Source: Anthoceros angustus (lineage: Eukaryota > Plantae > Anthocerotophyta). Taken from it: 64,000 nt of DNA. Where the stretch lies: assembly GCA_010909165.1 (NCBI GenBank), contig MU008157.1, forward strand, positions 992,001 through 1,056,000, in the 5' to 3' direction. How positions within the stretch are numbered: the stretch's first letter is position 1; each line of letters begins with the position of its first letter. Below, in pieces: positions 23,000 to 33,960 of this stretch. Under the pieces are notes generated by a model that worked only from the letters and a program-made list of their open reading frames with translations, had not been told where the DNA came from and searched no databases. Both the position numbers and the translations under genes were made by a program.

Positions 23000-25900
23000 T
23001 CCTGGAGGCGGTGTCTGCTTTTATCGGTAGGACCTCCCTCCTATTGATGAAACAGTCCCTCCCAGACTGTGGAGTAAAAAAGTTTGGTCCTTTAGGTAGG
23101 AGGTAGGTAGGAGGTTTCGACCCGGTGTAGCGAGGAGCGCAGTCGTCATAAGCGGTTGGTAGATAGGTCGGTAGTGCAGGTCCGGAGTAGGAATGGGACT
23201 TAGAATCTCCAATAGGGTGCTAACTTTTAGGATTTACAAACTAATCATGGCAATTAGTTTTATAGGCAAAAGGTCCTTGGTCTTTGGTAGGTCATAGTAG
23301 GAAAAAGTACCTTGCTCTTTGGAGGATAGGGTAGGTGACCCTTGGCCTTGGGCGAGGAAAAAGTTGGAGCGATTATTCCGAGGAGCAAGAAAGGCAACTT
23401 CCTTGGCCTTCAAAATCGCATGCGGGGACTATATATGCGGAGTAAAGGCGAGATATAGCAAATCAGGTTTTGAATAGAAGGACCGTCAATGGTGCCACGA
23501 GGTGGACATCGCGGTGGGGCGATCCGAGAAATCCCATTGAAATCATGTACCGCAAAACCCTCGAAGCCAAGGTTTGGTCGCTTTGGGAAGTAAGTGAAGG
23601 AGGCGGCGATTGCGTGCGAGACAAGGCGGAGGAAGGCGCCTGACGAGTGAGTCCGAGTTTTTGCGCGGGGAATTTTTGAGGTTACTGCACTTTCCGGGCG
23701 GCGGGCGGGGCGCAAGGCGGTCTACCACCTTTCTAGAGGAAGCGATTGCGTGCGAGACAAGGCAGAGGAGGAGAGCTTGCGAGAGAGAGCTCGCTGGCGG
23801 AAGGTTGGTGAGGAGCTAGGAGGGCGAGCGATTGCCAAAGAGAAAGGAGCTACCTTTTGGCGCGTTGCTGGAGAGGAGTTTGAGGGGATCAGCTCGAGTC
23901 TGCAGAGGAGCGACTTCTCAATTCGCGACCTCAGCGCCTTTTCTTCCTTGCTTGCTTCTCCTCTCTAGCTAGCTTGATAGGTTGCTTCCCCTTACCCTCC
24001 AAATTCTATCCTTGTGTGTGCTCCTTTTGTGCAGATGGTGAGAATTATGAGGACTGGTGGTTGCACCCCAACTCAAGGGGATGGGAGCAAGGCAATGCTG
24101 CCCACACCTCCCAATCAAGGCAAGGCAAAAAGCATCCCATGCCTGAGTTTGACTGCCGCCCCATCCAAATTTCACCTCGAGACCTGGACGCTTTCGAGCG
24201 ATATGCTGAAGAATTGAAGATGGAGTGGTTGTATCTGGTGCCTGGATGGCACTTTTCAAGCCCAACATTGGTGCAGGAGTGTGCGCAGCGGTTGCGAGCC
24301 ACAAGAGGAGAAGCCAGGATACCCGAGGATGTCACAGTCCGAAGTCACCCTGGAACGTGGAAGGTGCGCCATTTTCAGCAGACATATTTGATACCCGAGG
24401 CGCACAAGGGAGGGATCATCCCGTCGGCCCAGTTTTGTATAATCAGATTCCGGAGGCGGCCATGGATATGTTCCTACGACGCAAGGAGGAAGTTTGGTCT
24501 CCTGGTAATGGTTGGCAAGTTTCCATGTTCAAAGAGAGGAAGTGGAATCTCTTCGCCAAGATTTGGTTGGGATTGATGCATGCGGCCGGAAGACCTACAT
24601 AGGCAATTCCCACCTTATGATGATCTATGAGATGTCCAAGGGCAAGTTGGTAGATTGGGCGAGCATTCTCGTGAGGTGGCTCATAGGAATCATTTGATGA
24701 GCAAGGAGGCCAAAATTAGTTTTGTCTCCACCTTCCTAGTGCATTTATATCACAGGAGGAAGTTCTAAAGGAGGAGGCTGGAGGAAGCTAAGATAGAAGC
24801 TTCCTTGGTCCGAGTGGTGGAAGGGCGTCCGTGGCGCAGGAGGACCGAGGAGGTAGATCGTGACCACCGGGAAGAAACCACCACTCCGGCCCATTAGCAT
24901 GAAGCTTCTGGATCAGGAACCAAAAACGACAAGGAAGAAGGAGCCTATGGCGCCTTCTACGAGAGAAGATAGGGAAAGACTCGCGACCACCTACGGGGCT
25001 TCACATTGGTAGGCAGCCACCACCAGCAGGAGAAGGCTCGGTAGGGACCGGACCACCTACGAAGGAAGTAGTTCCTACGGGAGGAGCTACAACAGAGGAC
25101 GGACCTACAATGAGAGAACAAGCTCCAACCGAAGGAGGACAGGATGGGCCTGTCGCCATGGAAGTAGAGAGCGACAAGGAAGAACGCCGAGGAATGTTGG
25201 TGAACTACGCACTAGCAGGAAGGGCAGTAGGAGGTGTGATAAGAGCAGCTGGAATCTTTCAGAGAATGGCTATCGGTATAGGAGATTGGACGGGCCCAGA
25301 TGCCACAGTGAGCGGTTGAGAGAGGCGACAAGGAACGCCGAGGAATGTTGGTGAACTACGCACTAGCGAAGGCGAGGAGGTGTGATAAGAGCACGGAATC
25401 TTTCGGAGAATGGCTATCGGTATAGGAGATTGGACGGGCCCAGATGCCACAGTGAGCGGTTTGAGGCGGAGAGTTCGTCTTGAACTTGGGATGTGAAGAA
25501 AGAATTGGAGGATGTGGGAAGTCAAGGGAGCCGTGAAGACAACCTCCGAGAAGCAACACTCATCTGGACTTGGCCAAGGGCGAGATAGGATCACCACCAA
25601 GTTGGTGAATGTGTGGGAAATGATAGACCAAGTCTTGGAGAGGAAGCCGATTCAAGAAGGTGAAGAGATGGAAGCCGCCAAGAATGAGGCGGAAGAACGT
25701 TTGAGAACGGCCTTGAAAAGGGTAGGAGAAGTGAGCAGGAGAGAAGGAGGCAGCTACCACATCTAGTAAGGCCGAAAGGACCTTGAAGATGAAAAGGATC
25801 TCCTCTGAGATTGCTGGCCATGGACAAGCGAAGGAATATTACAAAGGGAAATCCACGGCCTAACAAACGAGAAGCAGGAATGGGACAATGTGGCTAGAGG

Positions 25901-28900
25901 ACTCAGGGAGGAGCTCCGCATCACGAGGGAACTCCTGGACCAGCAGCGACAGCAATCGAACCACCTTGTTAATGCCTACGGGACCGAGGCAAGGAACTGT
26001 AGGAAGAAGGTGCTGACGGTCCGACATACCCTGAGGGCAATACGAGCCCTCAGGGAGGAACAAGCTAGAGCCACAGCAGCAGCAGTAAAGCGCTTGGTAA
26101 CAAATGCCAAGCAAAAAGATGAGGAGATTGGGAAGCTCACCTTGGAATTGGAAAGAGCGGAGATCAAAAGAGAGACCGCTGTACCGAAGGTGGCAAATAT
26201 GGCTGAGTGGGAGGAGTGTGTCAACCCACTACGAGTTAGAATTATGGGCCGAGAAGAGGGAAAGTGGCGAGTGGCCACTTACTACAACAACCTCCACGGA
26301 AACTATTGAGGAAAGATACAATGAGGAGGAAGAGGAAGCGGATCCGCCATCCTAACGCTTGAGGGCTTGGCGCTTTGGAGACCGAGGTGGCCGAATGGTA
26401 TGAGGAGAGACGTGATAGACATAGCCCGGCAAGCGAGTGAAGAAGTACAGGACCCACCGGTGGGACCTTCCTTGGTGGGGCATCGGACGAGGAAGAGGGA
26501 GGTAGGCCTAATCCTACCAAAGGCACTTACAAGGGTAGGCACTATAGCGGCCGAGGGGAATTCATCTCCCTCAAGGAGGACAAGAAGAAGGAGACAAGCC
26601 CGGAGGAAAACTGTGGAGCCACCTAAGTCCATGGTAGGTGTGAAGAGGTAGTAGGTGAACCTCCTACGGATGGAGCAAGAGGAGAAGCCGGGATACCCGA
26701 GGATGTCACGGTCAAGTCACCACAGGCGTGGAAGGTGCGCCATTTTCAGTGAGACATATTTGATACCCGAGGCGCACAAGGGAGGGATCATCCCGTCGGC
26801 CCGCTTTGTATGTCAGTTCGAGGCGGCCATGGATATGTTCCTCGACGCAAGGAGGAAGTTTGGTCTCCGGTAATGGTTGGCAAGTTTCCATGTTCAAGAG
26901 AGGAAGTGGAATCTCTTCGCCAAGATTTGGTTGGGATTGATGCATGCGGCCGGAAGACCTACATAGGCAATTCCCACCTTATGATGATCTATGAGATGTC
27001 CAAGGGCAAGTTGGTAGATTGGGCGAGCATTCTCGTGAGGTGGCTCATAGGAATCATTTGATGAGCAAGGAGGCCAAAATTAGTTTTGTCTCCACCTTCC
27101 TAGTGCATTTATATCACAGGGAGGAAGTTCTAAAGGAGGAGGAACTGGAGGAAGCTAAGATAGAAGCTTCCTTGGTCCGAGTGGTGGAAGGGGAGGCGTC
27201 CGTGGCAGCAGAGGACCAGGAGGAGGTAGATCGTCGACCACCTGGGAAGAAACCACCACTCCCAGCCCATTAGCATGAAGCTTCTGGATCAGGAACCAAA
27301 AACGACAAGGGGAAAGAGAAGGAGCCTATGGCGCCTTCTACGGAGAAGATAGGGAAAGACTCGCGACCACCTACGGGGCTTCACATTGGTAGGCAGCCAC
27401 CATAGCGGGAGAGGCTCGGTAGGGACGGACCACCCACGAAGGAAGTAGTTCCTACGGAGGAGCTACAGCAGGAGGACCTACAATGAGAGAACAAGCTCCA
27501 ACCGAAGGAGGACAGATGGGCACATCGCCATGGAAGTAGAGAGCGACAAGGAAGAACGCCGAGGAATGTTGGTGAACTACGCACTAGCGGAAGGGCGAGG
27601 AGGTGTGATAAGAGCGGTGGAATCTTCGAATGGCTATCGGTATAGGAGATTGGACGGGCCCAGATGCCACAGTGAGCGGTTGAGAGAGGCGAGTTCGTCT
27701 TGAACTTGGGATGTGAAGAAAGAATTGGAGGATGTGGGAAGTCAAGGGAGCCGTGAAGACAACCTCCGAGAAGCAACACTCATCTGGACTTGGCCAAGGG
27801 CGAGATAGGATCACCACCAAGTTGGTGAATGTGTGGGAAATGATAGACCAAGTCTTGGAGAGGAAGCCGATTCAAGAAGGTGAAGAGATGGAAGCCGCCA
27901 AGAATGAGGCGGAAGAACGTTTGAGAACGGCCTTGAAAAGGGTAGGAGAAGTGAGCAGGAGAGAAGGAGGCAGCTACCACATCTAGTAAGGCCGAAAGGA
28001 CCTTGAAGATGAAAAGGATCTCCTCTGAGATTGCTGGCCATGGACAAGCGAAGGAATATTACAAAGGGAAATCCACGGCCTAACAAAGCGAGAAGCGAGG
28101 AATGGGACAATGTGGCTAGAGGACTCGGGAGGAGCTCGCATCACGAGGGAACTCTGGACCAGCGGCGAATCGAACCACCTTGTTAATGCCTACGGGACCG
28201 AGGCAAGGAACTGTAGGAAGAAGGTCGACGGTCGACATACCCGAGGGGAACACGAGCCCTCGTGGAGGAACAAGCTAGAGCCCGGCGGCAGAAAGCGCTT
28301 GGTAACAAATGCCAAGCAAAAAGATGAGGAGATTGGGAAGCTCACCTTGGAATTGGAAAGAGCGGAGATCAAAAGAGAGACCGCTGTACCGAAGGTGGCA
28401 AATATGGCTGAGTGGGAGGAGTGTGTCAACCCACTACGAGTTAGAATTATGGACGCACAGAAGAGGGAAAGTGGCAGAGTGGCCACTTACTACAACAACC
28501 TCCTGGAAACTATTGAGGAAAGATACAATGAGGAGGAAGAGGAAACGGATCTGGCCATCCTAACGCTTGAGGGCTTGGCAGCTTTGGAGACCGAGGTGGC
28601 CGAATGGTATGAGGAGAGACGGGCTGTATTAGACATAGCCCGACAAGCGAGTGAAGAAGTACAGGACCCACCGGTGGGACCTTCCTTGGTGGGGCATCGG
28701 ACGAGGAAGAGGGAGGTAGGCCTAATCCTACCAAGGCACTTACAAGGGTAGGCACTATAGCGGCCGAGGGGAATTCATCTCCCTCGGAAGGAGGACAAGA
28801 AGAAGGGAGACAAGCCCCCGGAGGGAAAACTGTGGAGCCACCTAAGTCCACAGGTAGGTGTGAAGAGGTAGTAGGTGAACCTCCTACGGATGGAACAGTA

Positions 28901-29208
28901 GGAGGAAAACCTCCTACGGATGGACTAGTAGGAGGAGCACCTCTTCCCCAAGAGCAGCCTTACCTAAGGAACGGCCGGAGGTAGGAGGCGACACCAGGGG
29001 CAGTTCCGATGAGCGGTCCGAGTCAGGAGGAGGTAAGCGATGCGTCGAAGATGAAGGCGACAGTGGAGCTAGAAGAAGCAAACGAAGGCGAACCTCTTAG
29101 CTGGTAGGACGACTCGTAGGATGACTGCTAGAAACATTCTTTCTTGGACACTGACACTAATGTGGGACCCATATTTAAGAGGGGGACCCTACTTTGAGGG
29201 AGGCGGTG
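23000..29208 (+). mobile_element. LTR-retrotransposon 3' internal region with accessory ORF (plant-transposon-protein-like domain plus coiled coil), internally duplicated
   Basis: Broken ORF contains ..MMIYEMSKGKLVDWASIL.. and an E/K/R-rich coiled coil. It ends in a polypurine tract (gagggaggcgg, 29196-29206) followed by TG. A ~2.2-kb tandem duplication is present (24310-26680 / 26685-28890). No pol domains seen. Confidence 0.6.
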
Positions 29209-29209
29209 G

Positions 29210-30632
29210 TGTGATGGGAGAGGTGGTCATGTCGGACCTTGCCACTGTGGGGTCAAAAGTCCGGATTGCCAGTTACGAATTCCCTCATGGAATCCGGAGG
29301 GTCATCCCGCATTTAAGATGCACATATTTTGAGAGACCGCTCCACCTATAAATGGTATAGATCAACGTCCGATCAGTGCAACTCTTTACAAAAGCTGGTC
29401 CATCAATTGTGGTTGGTAATGTGATAGCTGAGTCGGGAATGGATTGGAAACCCAAGATTGCATTGTCCACGATTGTTGCTTCCCTTGCATTCTACCTGAA
29501 TCCATGCTCCTTTGTGAAATGCTTATACCAATAGATTTTGCTTACTGTTTCCACGAGAGTGTGGAGCAACCAATCCAACCGTCTTCCTCACAGCCTAACA
29601 AAATCATGGCACAACAAAGACTTCAAAAACCCATGCCAGGCTTCGATAGCATAGTTACAATCTTGGCCTGCGTGCCTCATAGTTCTGATACCCTTTACCC
29701 ATAAGGGAAGCACAATGTGCCATTGTTTCTTGAAATACTCAATGAAACTCGAGTCTGTCTCCAAAATCTACATACACTTGTTGCAGCATTTTGTGGGCCT
29801 CATCTTGATTTGCCACCAGCATAGGTACATAATGTGACCAAGGCACCTTTGGAAGATTGCAACCGAACTTCTCAATTCCGGACCTTCAACAACAAATGTC
29901 AGTCAGCACTTTCGACATGCCACAAGCATAACAACCACTATTCATACGCCCCATACATTGTGAATGGCTGCAATTTACTGCAGATCGTTAATGGATTCGC
30001 CTGGTCACCCGAGCTAGCCCGGTGGCTACACTTATCCTACATTAAATCGGTTGGGTTCAATCCCAGACTTGTCCGGATACGCTTATCCCGAGGGGTCGAT
30101 TCTCACGTTCTCTCTCAACTACTTCTCTATTACCAATTGCCTCACCGAATATGGGTTTTGGGTCTACTGGCCCACGGCCCCAAGTTGAGCCTTCCAGATT
30201 CCTCTAGCTTCCAAGAACACAGAAAAACACTACAAGGACAATATCAATCTCATACCTTCTTCCACAACAATCCACTAAATCTATCCTCACCAACCACTCA
30301 AGTCGCCCTTATGGCATGAACGCCTAGAGTGATTGAAATCGAAGGATTTTCGCTTGGGCTGGTAGCCATGAGATTGCCTATAACGTGAGCACTCTTGGGT
30401 TAGGAAGCCGCCGACAGGTTGCTCCAAAACGAGTCTCTGACATTAGTGCCCTGCAAGATGCCAGCAAGCAACAAGCACACAGCGATCCTAAGGTGAAACC
30501 TGCACAAGGAAGCAGGAAACTGGTTATGAGGGGGACGCGCGCGCCTCCCCTTTAGCTCAGTCCCTACGATCAACCTTGCTCTCCTTCGTCGACGTGTCGC
30601 CTGGTGGACGGGGTCGGTCACGCGCGCTCACA
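29210..30632 (+). mobile_element. Putative LTR interrupted by an inverted MULE fragment
   Basis: Starts TG after the PPT. CTATAAAT at ~29346 coincides with the MULE junction. The segment 29985-30632 ends ..CTCACA and is followed by PBS-like TGGGGGCAC at 30634. Confidence 0.4.
29346..29985 (-). mobile_element. Inverted MULE transposase fragment
   Basis: Reverse complement of ~1250-1887 (DNAILGFQSIPDSAITLPTTIDG..). Confidence 0.9.
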
Positions 30633-30696
30633 ATGGGGGCACAACAAGGGAGAAGAGCCACAAGGATTGATATTGAATTGGTTACATGGCTCCCCT

Positions 30697-31320
30697 CATG
30701 AAGTGCATTGGACTTTGTGGTGTCCCAGAGGCACTCGGGGTTTCTTTTGCAAGCACCAAGCTAAGATATTACACCTCAAAGGGGAACCGTATCCACACTG
30801 AGCTAGTTACTGACTATGGCTAGAAGAGGACATGTCCATGTCTCTCCGCATTCTGTTGGACCAATACATATGCCTTGTGAACAGGTGGTGCACGAGGAGG
30901 CAGACAGGCCTATTTTTACAACTCAAGAAGACACTGAATCATTTCCTACAGCGCTGCCATTTGGCAACGTAAAGCCACAAGTGAAGGCCGTTGCTTCATA
31001 CCAGAGCTTGGAAAATATATGGAAAGAAGTGTGGGGAATGGTGCATGCTGATGCTTCCTTGCTCTAGCATACTCATGCAGCAGCTTCTATGTTGTTTCTC
31101 CAAGTTAAATAGTTGTAGGCACGAAAATGTGCCAATGGTGCAGGTCCACATTTCAAGGCCATTTACTCAAATTGGACAATGGCTTTGGAGATTCTTTAAA
31201 GAGGAAAAAATGTATTGTGGAGATGAATACTTGGAAGCTGGTAACCGCGAAGCCAAAGATGCTAGAGGTGTTGCACCAAGGTGCTGAAAGTAGTTATCTT
31301 GAAGAGAGGAAGGATGAGAT
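30697..31320 (+). mobile_element. MULE transposase 3' fragment (SWIM finger to C-terminus)
   Basis: Homologous to ~2140-2769 (CPRGTRGFFCKHQAKILHL..). Confidence 0.9.
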
Positions 31321-32627
31321 TTGTGGCCATTTCATGCTTTACTTGGCTATAAATTTTGTAAGATAGGTCATCGGAAAGCCAGTTTCAAACTCATCATGTT
31401 TAGCTATCTTTATGCGAACTTGGATATTGATGTTCATCGAATTGCACGATGAACAATTTGTGCTCTCTGAATTTCAAACTCTTGAGTACGTGTTCCACAT
31501 ACGTTTACGGAATGAGCTATAGCTCATTCTGTAGCTCTCTAGACAAGCTTCAATTTGATTGCCCTGTATTACATTTTGGTTGTGTCTAGCATACTCATGC
31601 AGCAGCTTCTATGTTATCTCTCCAAGTTAAATAGTTGTAGGCACAAAAATGTGCCAATGGTGCAGGTCCACATTTTAAGGCGCCATTTACTCAAGTTGGA
31701 CAATGGCTGTGGAGATTCTTTGAAGAGGAAAAAGTATTGTGGAGATAACTACTTGGAAGCTGGTAACCTGCGAAGCCAAAGATGCTAGAGGTGTTGCACC
31801 AAGGTGCTGAAAGTAGTTATCTTGAAGAGAGGAAGGATGAGATTTGTGGCCATTTCATGCTTTACTTGGCTATAAATTTTGTAAGATAGGTCATCGGAAA
31901 GCCAGTTTCAAACTCATCATGTTTAGCTATCTTTATGCGAACTTGGATATTGATGTTCATCGAATTGCACGATGAACAATTTGTGCTCTCTGAATTTCAA
32001 ACTCTTGAGTACGTGTTCCACATACGTTTACGGAATGAGCTATAGCTCATTCTGTAGCTCTCTAGACAAGCTTCAATTTGATTGCCCTGTATTACATTTT
32101 GGTTGTGTCTAGCATACTCATGCAGCAGCTTCTATGTTATCTCTCCAAGTTAAATAGTTGTAGGCACAAAAATGTGCCAATGGTGCAGGTCCACATTTTA
32201 AGGCGCCATTTACTCAAGTTGGACAATGGCTGTGGAGATTCTTTGAAGAGGAAAAAGTATTGTGGAGATAACTACTTGGAAGCTGGTAACCTGCGAAGCC
32301 AAAGATGCTAGAGGTGTTGCACCAAGGTGCTGAAAGTAGTTATCTTGAAGAGAGGAAGGATGAGATTTGTGGCCATTTCATGCTTTACTTGGCTATAAAT
32401 TTTGTAAGATAGGTCATCAAGCCAGTTTCAAACTCATCATGTTTAGCTATCTTTATGCGAACTTGGATATTGATGTTCATCGAATTGCACGATGAACAAT
32501 TTGTCTCTCTGATTTCAAACTTTGAGTACGTGTTCCACATCGTTTACGGAATGAGCTATAGCTCTGTAGCTCTCTAGACAAGCTTCAATTTAATTGCCCT
32601 GTATTACATTTTGGTTGTGCCTAGCAT
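31064..32627. repeat. Three tandem ~523-bp units of the MULE 3' end
   Basis: Units start at CTAGCATACTCATGCAGC (31064, 31586, 32109). Identical ORFs at 31555 and 32078 give an offset of 523. Confidence 0.95.
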
Positions 32628-33540
32628 AAGTTATGAACAAAATGAGCATCTACCAGGCCTCAACCCCGAATGCTCTATGTTTTTGGCTTTGAGCAATAGC
32701 TCATCCTGTCGCCCTTCAGACAAGCTTCAATTTGATTACCCTGTACCAAAATTCGGTTATGTCCAGCAGAAGATATACGACAACATGCATCTCGTATACT
32801 AGGCCTCACTCCGCGTGCTCTATATCTTTGGGTTCTTCACCACTTACATGGGATGCGTCCCCGTTCTCATATGTGTCCATGATATGCTGAATGGCTACCC
32901 CGTTCTCATGTATGTGCCCATGTGTTCGCAACGGTAACGTATGTTTCCATGTGTTCACATGGTGCACTCACCGACTCCTGGCTCGCGCTCGTGGTCGTAA
33001 GTCACGGATGAGAGAGACAAGATGGTAGGCCCCATCACATCAAGGCAACCAAGCATTAAAGCCCGACGAATTTTAGTGAGCGGCTTTCCAAAGTAGCAAG
33101 CACAAAAGAGTATATTTATTTAAAGCAAACAAAGGATGTTTACATAGGTATCCAGACAATTTGGTTCATGTCAAGACCTACTTGAGACCTCATGACAAGT
33201 CATGTCCAGCAAGCAGTCCTGACTTTGTCCCACACTTATTGCGATATGATGCGCATGAGGTGCATGTTGATATGTATGGATCAGCTAGCTATAGGCACCT
33301 GCCCTCAGCTAACATCCACATGATTCCAACCTTGATCTGCTGTTATAGCTATAGCGCTCTGCAGGAGCATTATATACTTCCCTCAGCATCGCAGGAGGTA
33401 CTAGACACAAACGGAACACGACCATGGATCAATTCACGCCCTTGGAACTGGAGCTCAAGGTGGTCGGAACATGAGGTATGTGCAAGACCACGCTGATGAG
33501 AACCCGTTCGACATGCCAATGGCACGCAGCGCTTGTCAAT

Positions 33541-33960
33541 CTAGGAATGGCGGATCTGGAAGGTGAAGGATCCAGAGCCGATGCTTCCAGAGACGCGGGC
33601 GGTGCCACCCACATTCGCAACACAGTTGGCGAGGATGATGTTGAGGTTGTTTCCGGCGTTGGAGCAGGAGGTGCAGCTGCCCTGCGACCCACAGATGTCG
33701 ACGGACGCACTGCCTGCCACGGCCATGCTGGTGCACCCGGATGAGCTGGTCTGGCAGCACTGAGACGACCCCAGGTTGCGCACGTACTGGACGCAGGCGT
33801 TGGCGTCGCCCTGTGTGGGCGAGTTGCCGTTGGTGGTGCACGACTGCGCCATTGCCACAGGCGCTGTCGCTGCCGCGCACAGCGCCAACACGATGAATGC
33901 GCCCACGATCATGGCGCCCGCCGACCGAGATGCGGTAGAGGAAGCAACTGTCTTGGCCAT
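33541..33960 (-). CDS. Secreted Cys-rich small protein, paralog A copy 2 (intact, 139 aa; putative KP4/Ecp2-like fold)
   Basis: Uninterrupted ORF from ATG at 33960 to TAG at 33541. Signal peptide plus ~101-aa mature domain QSCTTNGNSPTQGDANACVQYVRNLGSSQCCQTSSSGCTSMAVAGSASVDICGSQGSCTSCSNAGNNLNIILANCVANVGGTARVSGSIGSGSFTFQIRHS. Confidence 0.9.
   Translation of the reverse strand: MAKTVASSTASRSAGAMIVGAFIVLALCAAATAPVAMAQSCTTNGNSPTQGDANACVQYVRNLGSSQCCQTSSSGCTSMAVAGSASVDICGSQGSCTSCSNAGNNLNIILANCVANVGGTARVSGSIGSGSFTFQIRHS

Noticed and set aside
33541-33960. Gnk2/DUF26, defensin, nsLTP or hydrophobin assignment
   Set aside because: The Cys spacing (single CC, C-x5-C-x2-C, 9 Cys) does not match the canonical patterns of those families.
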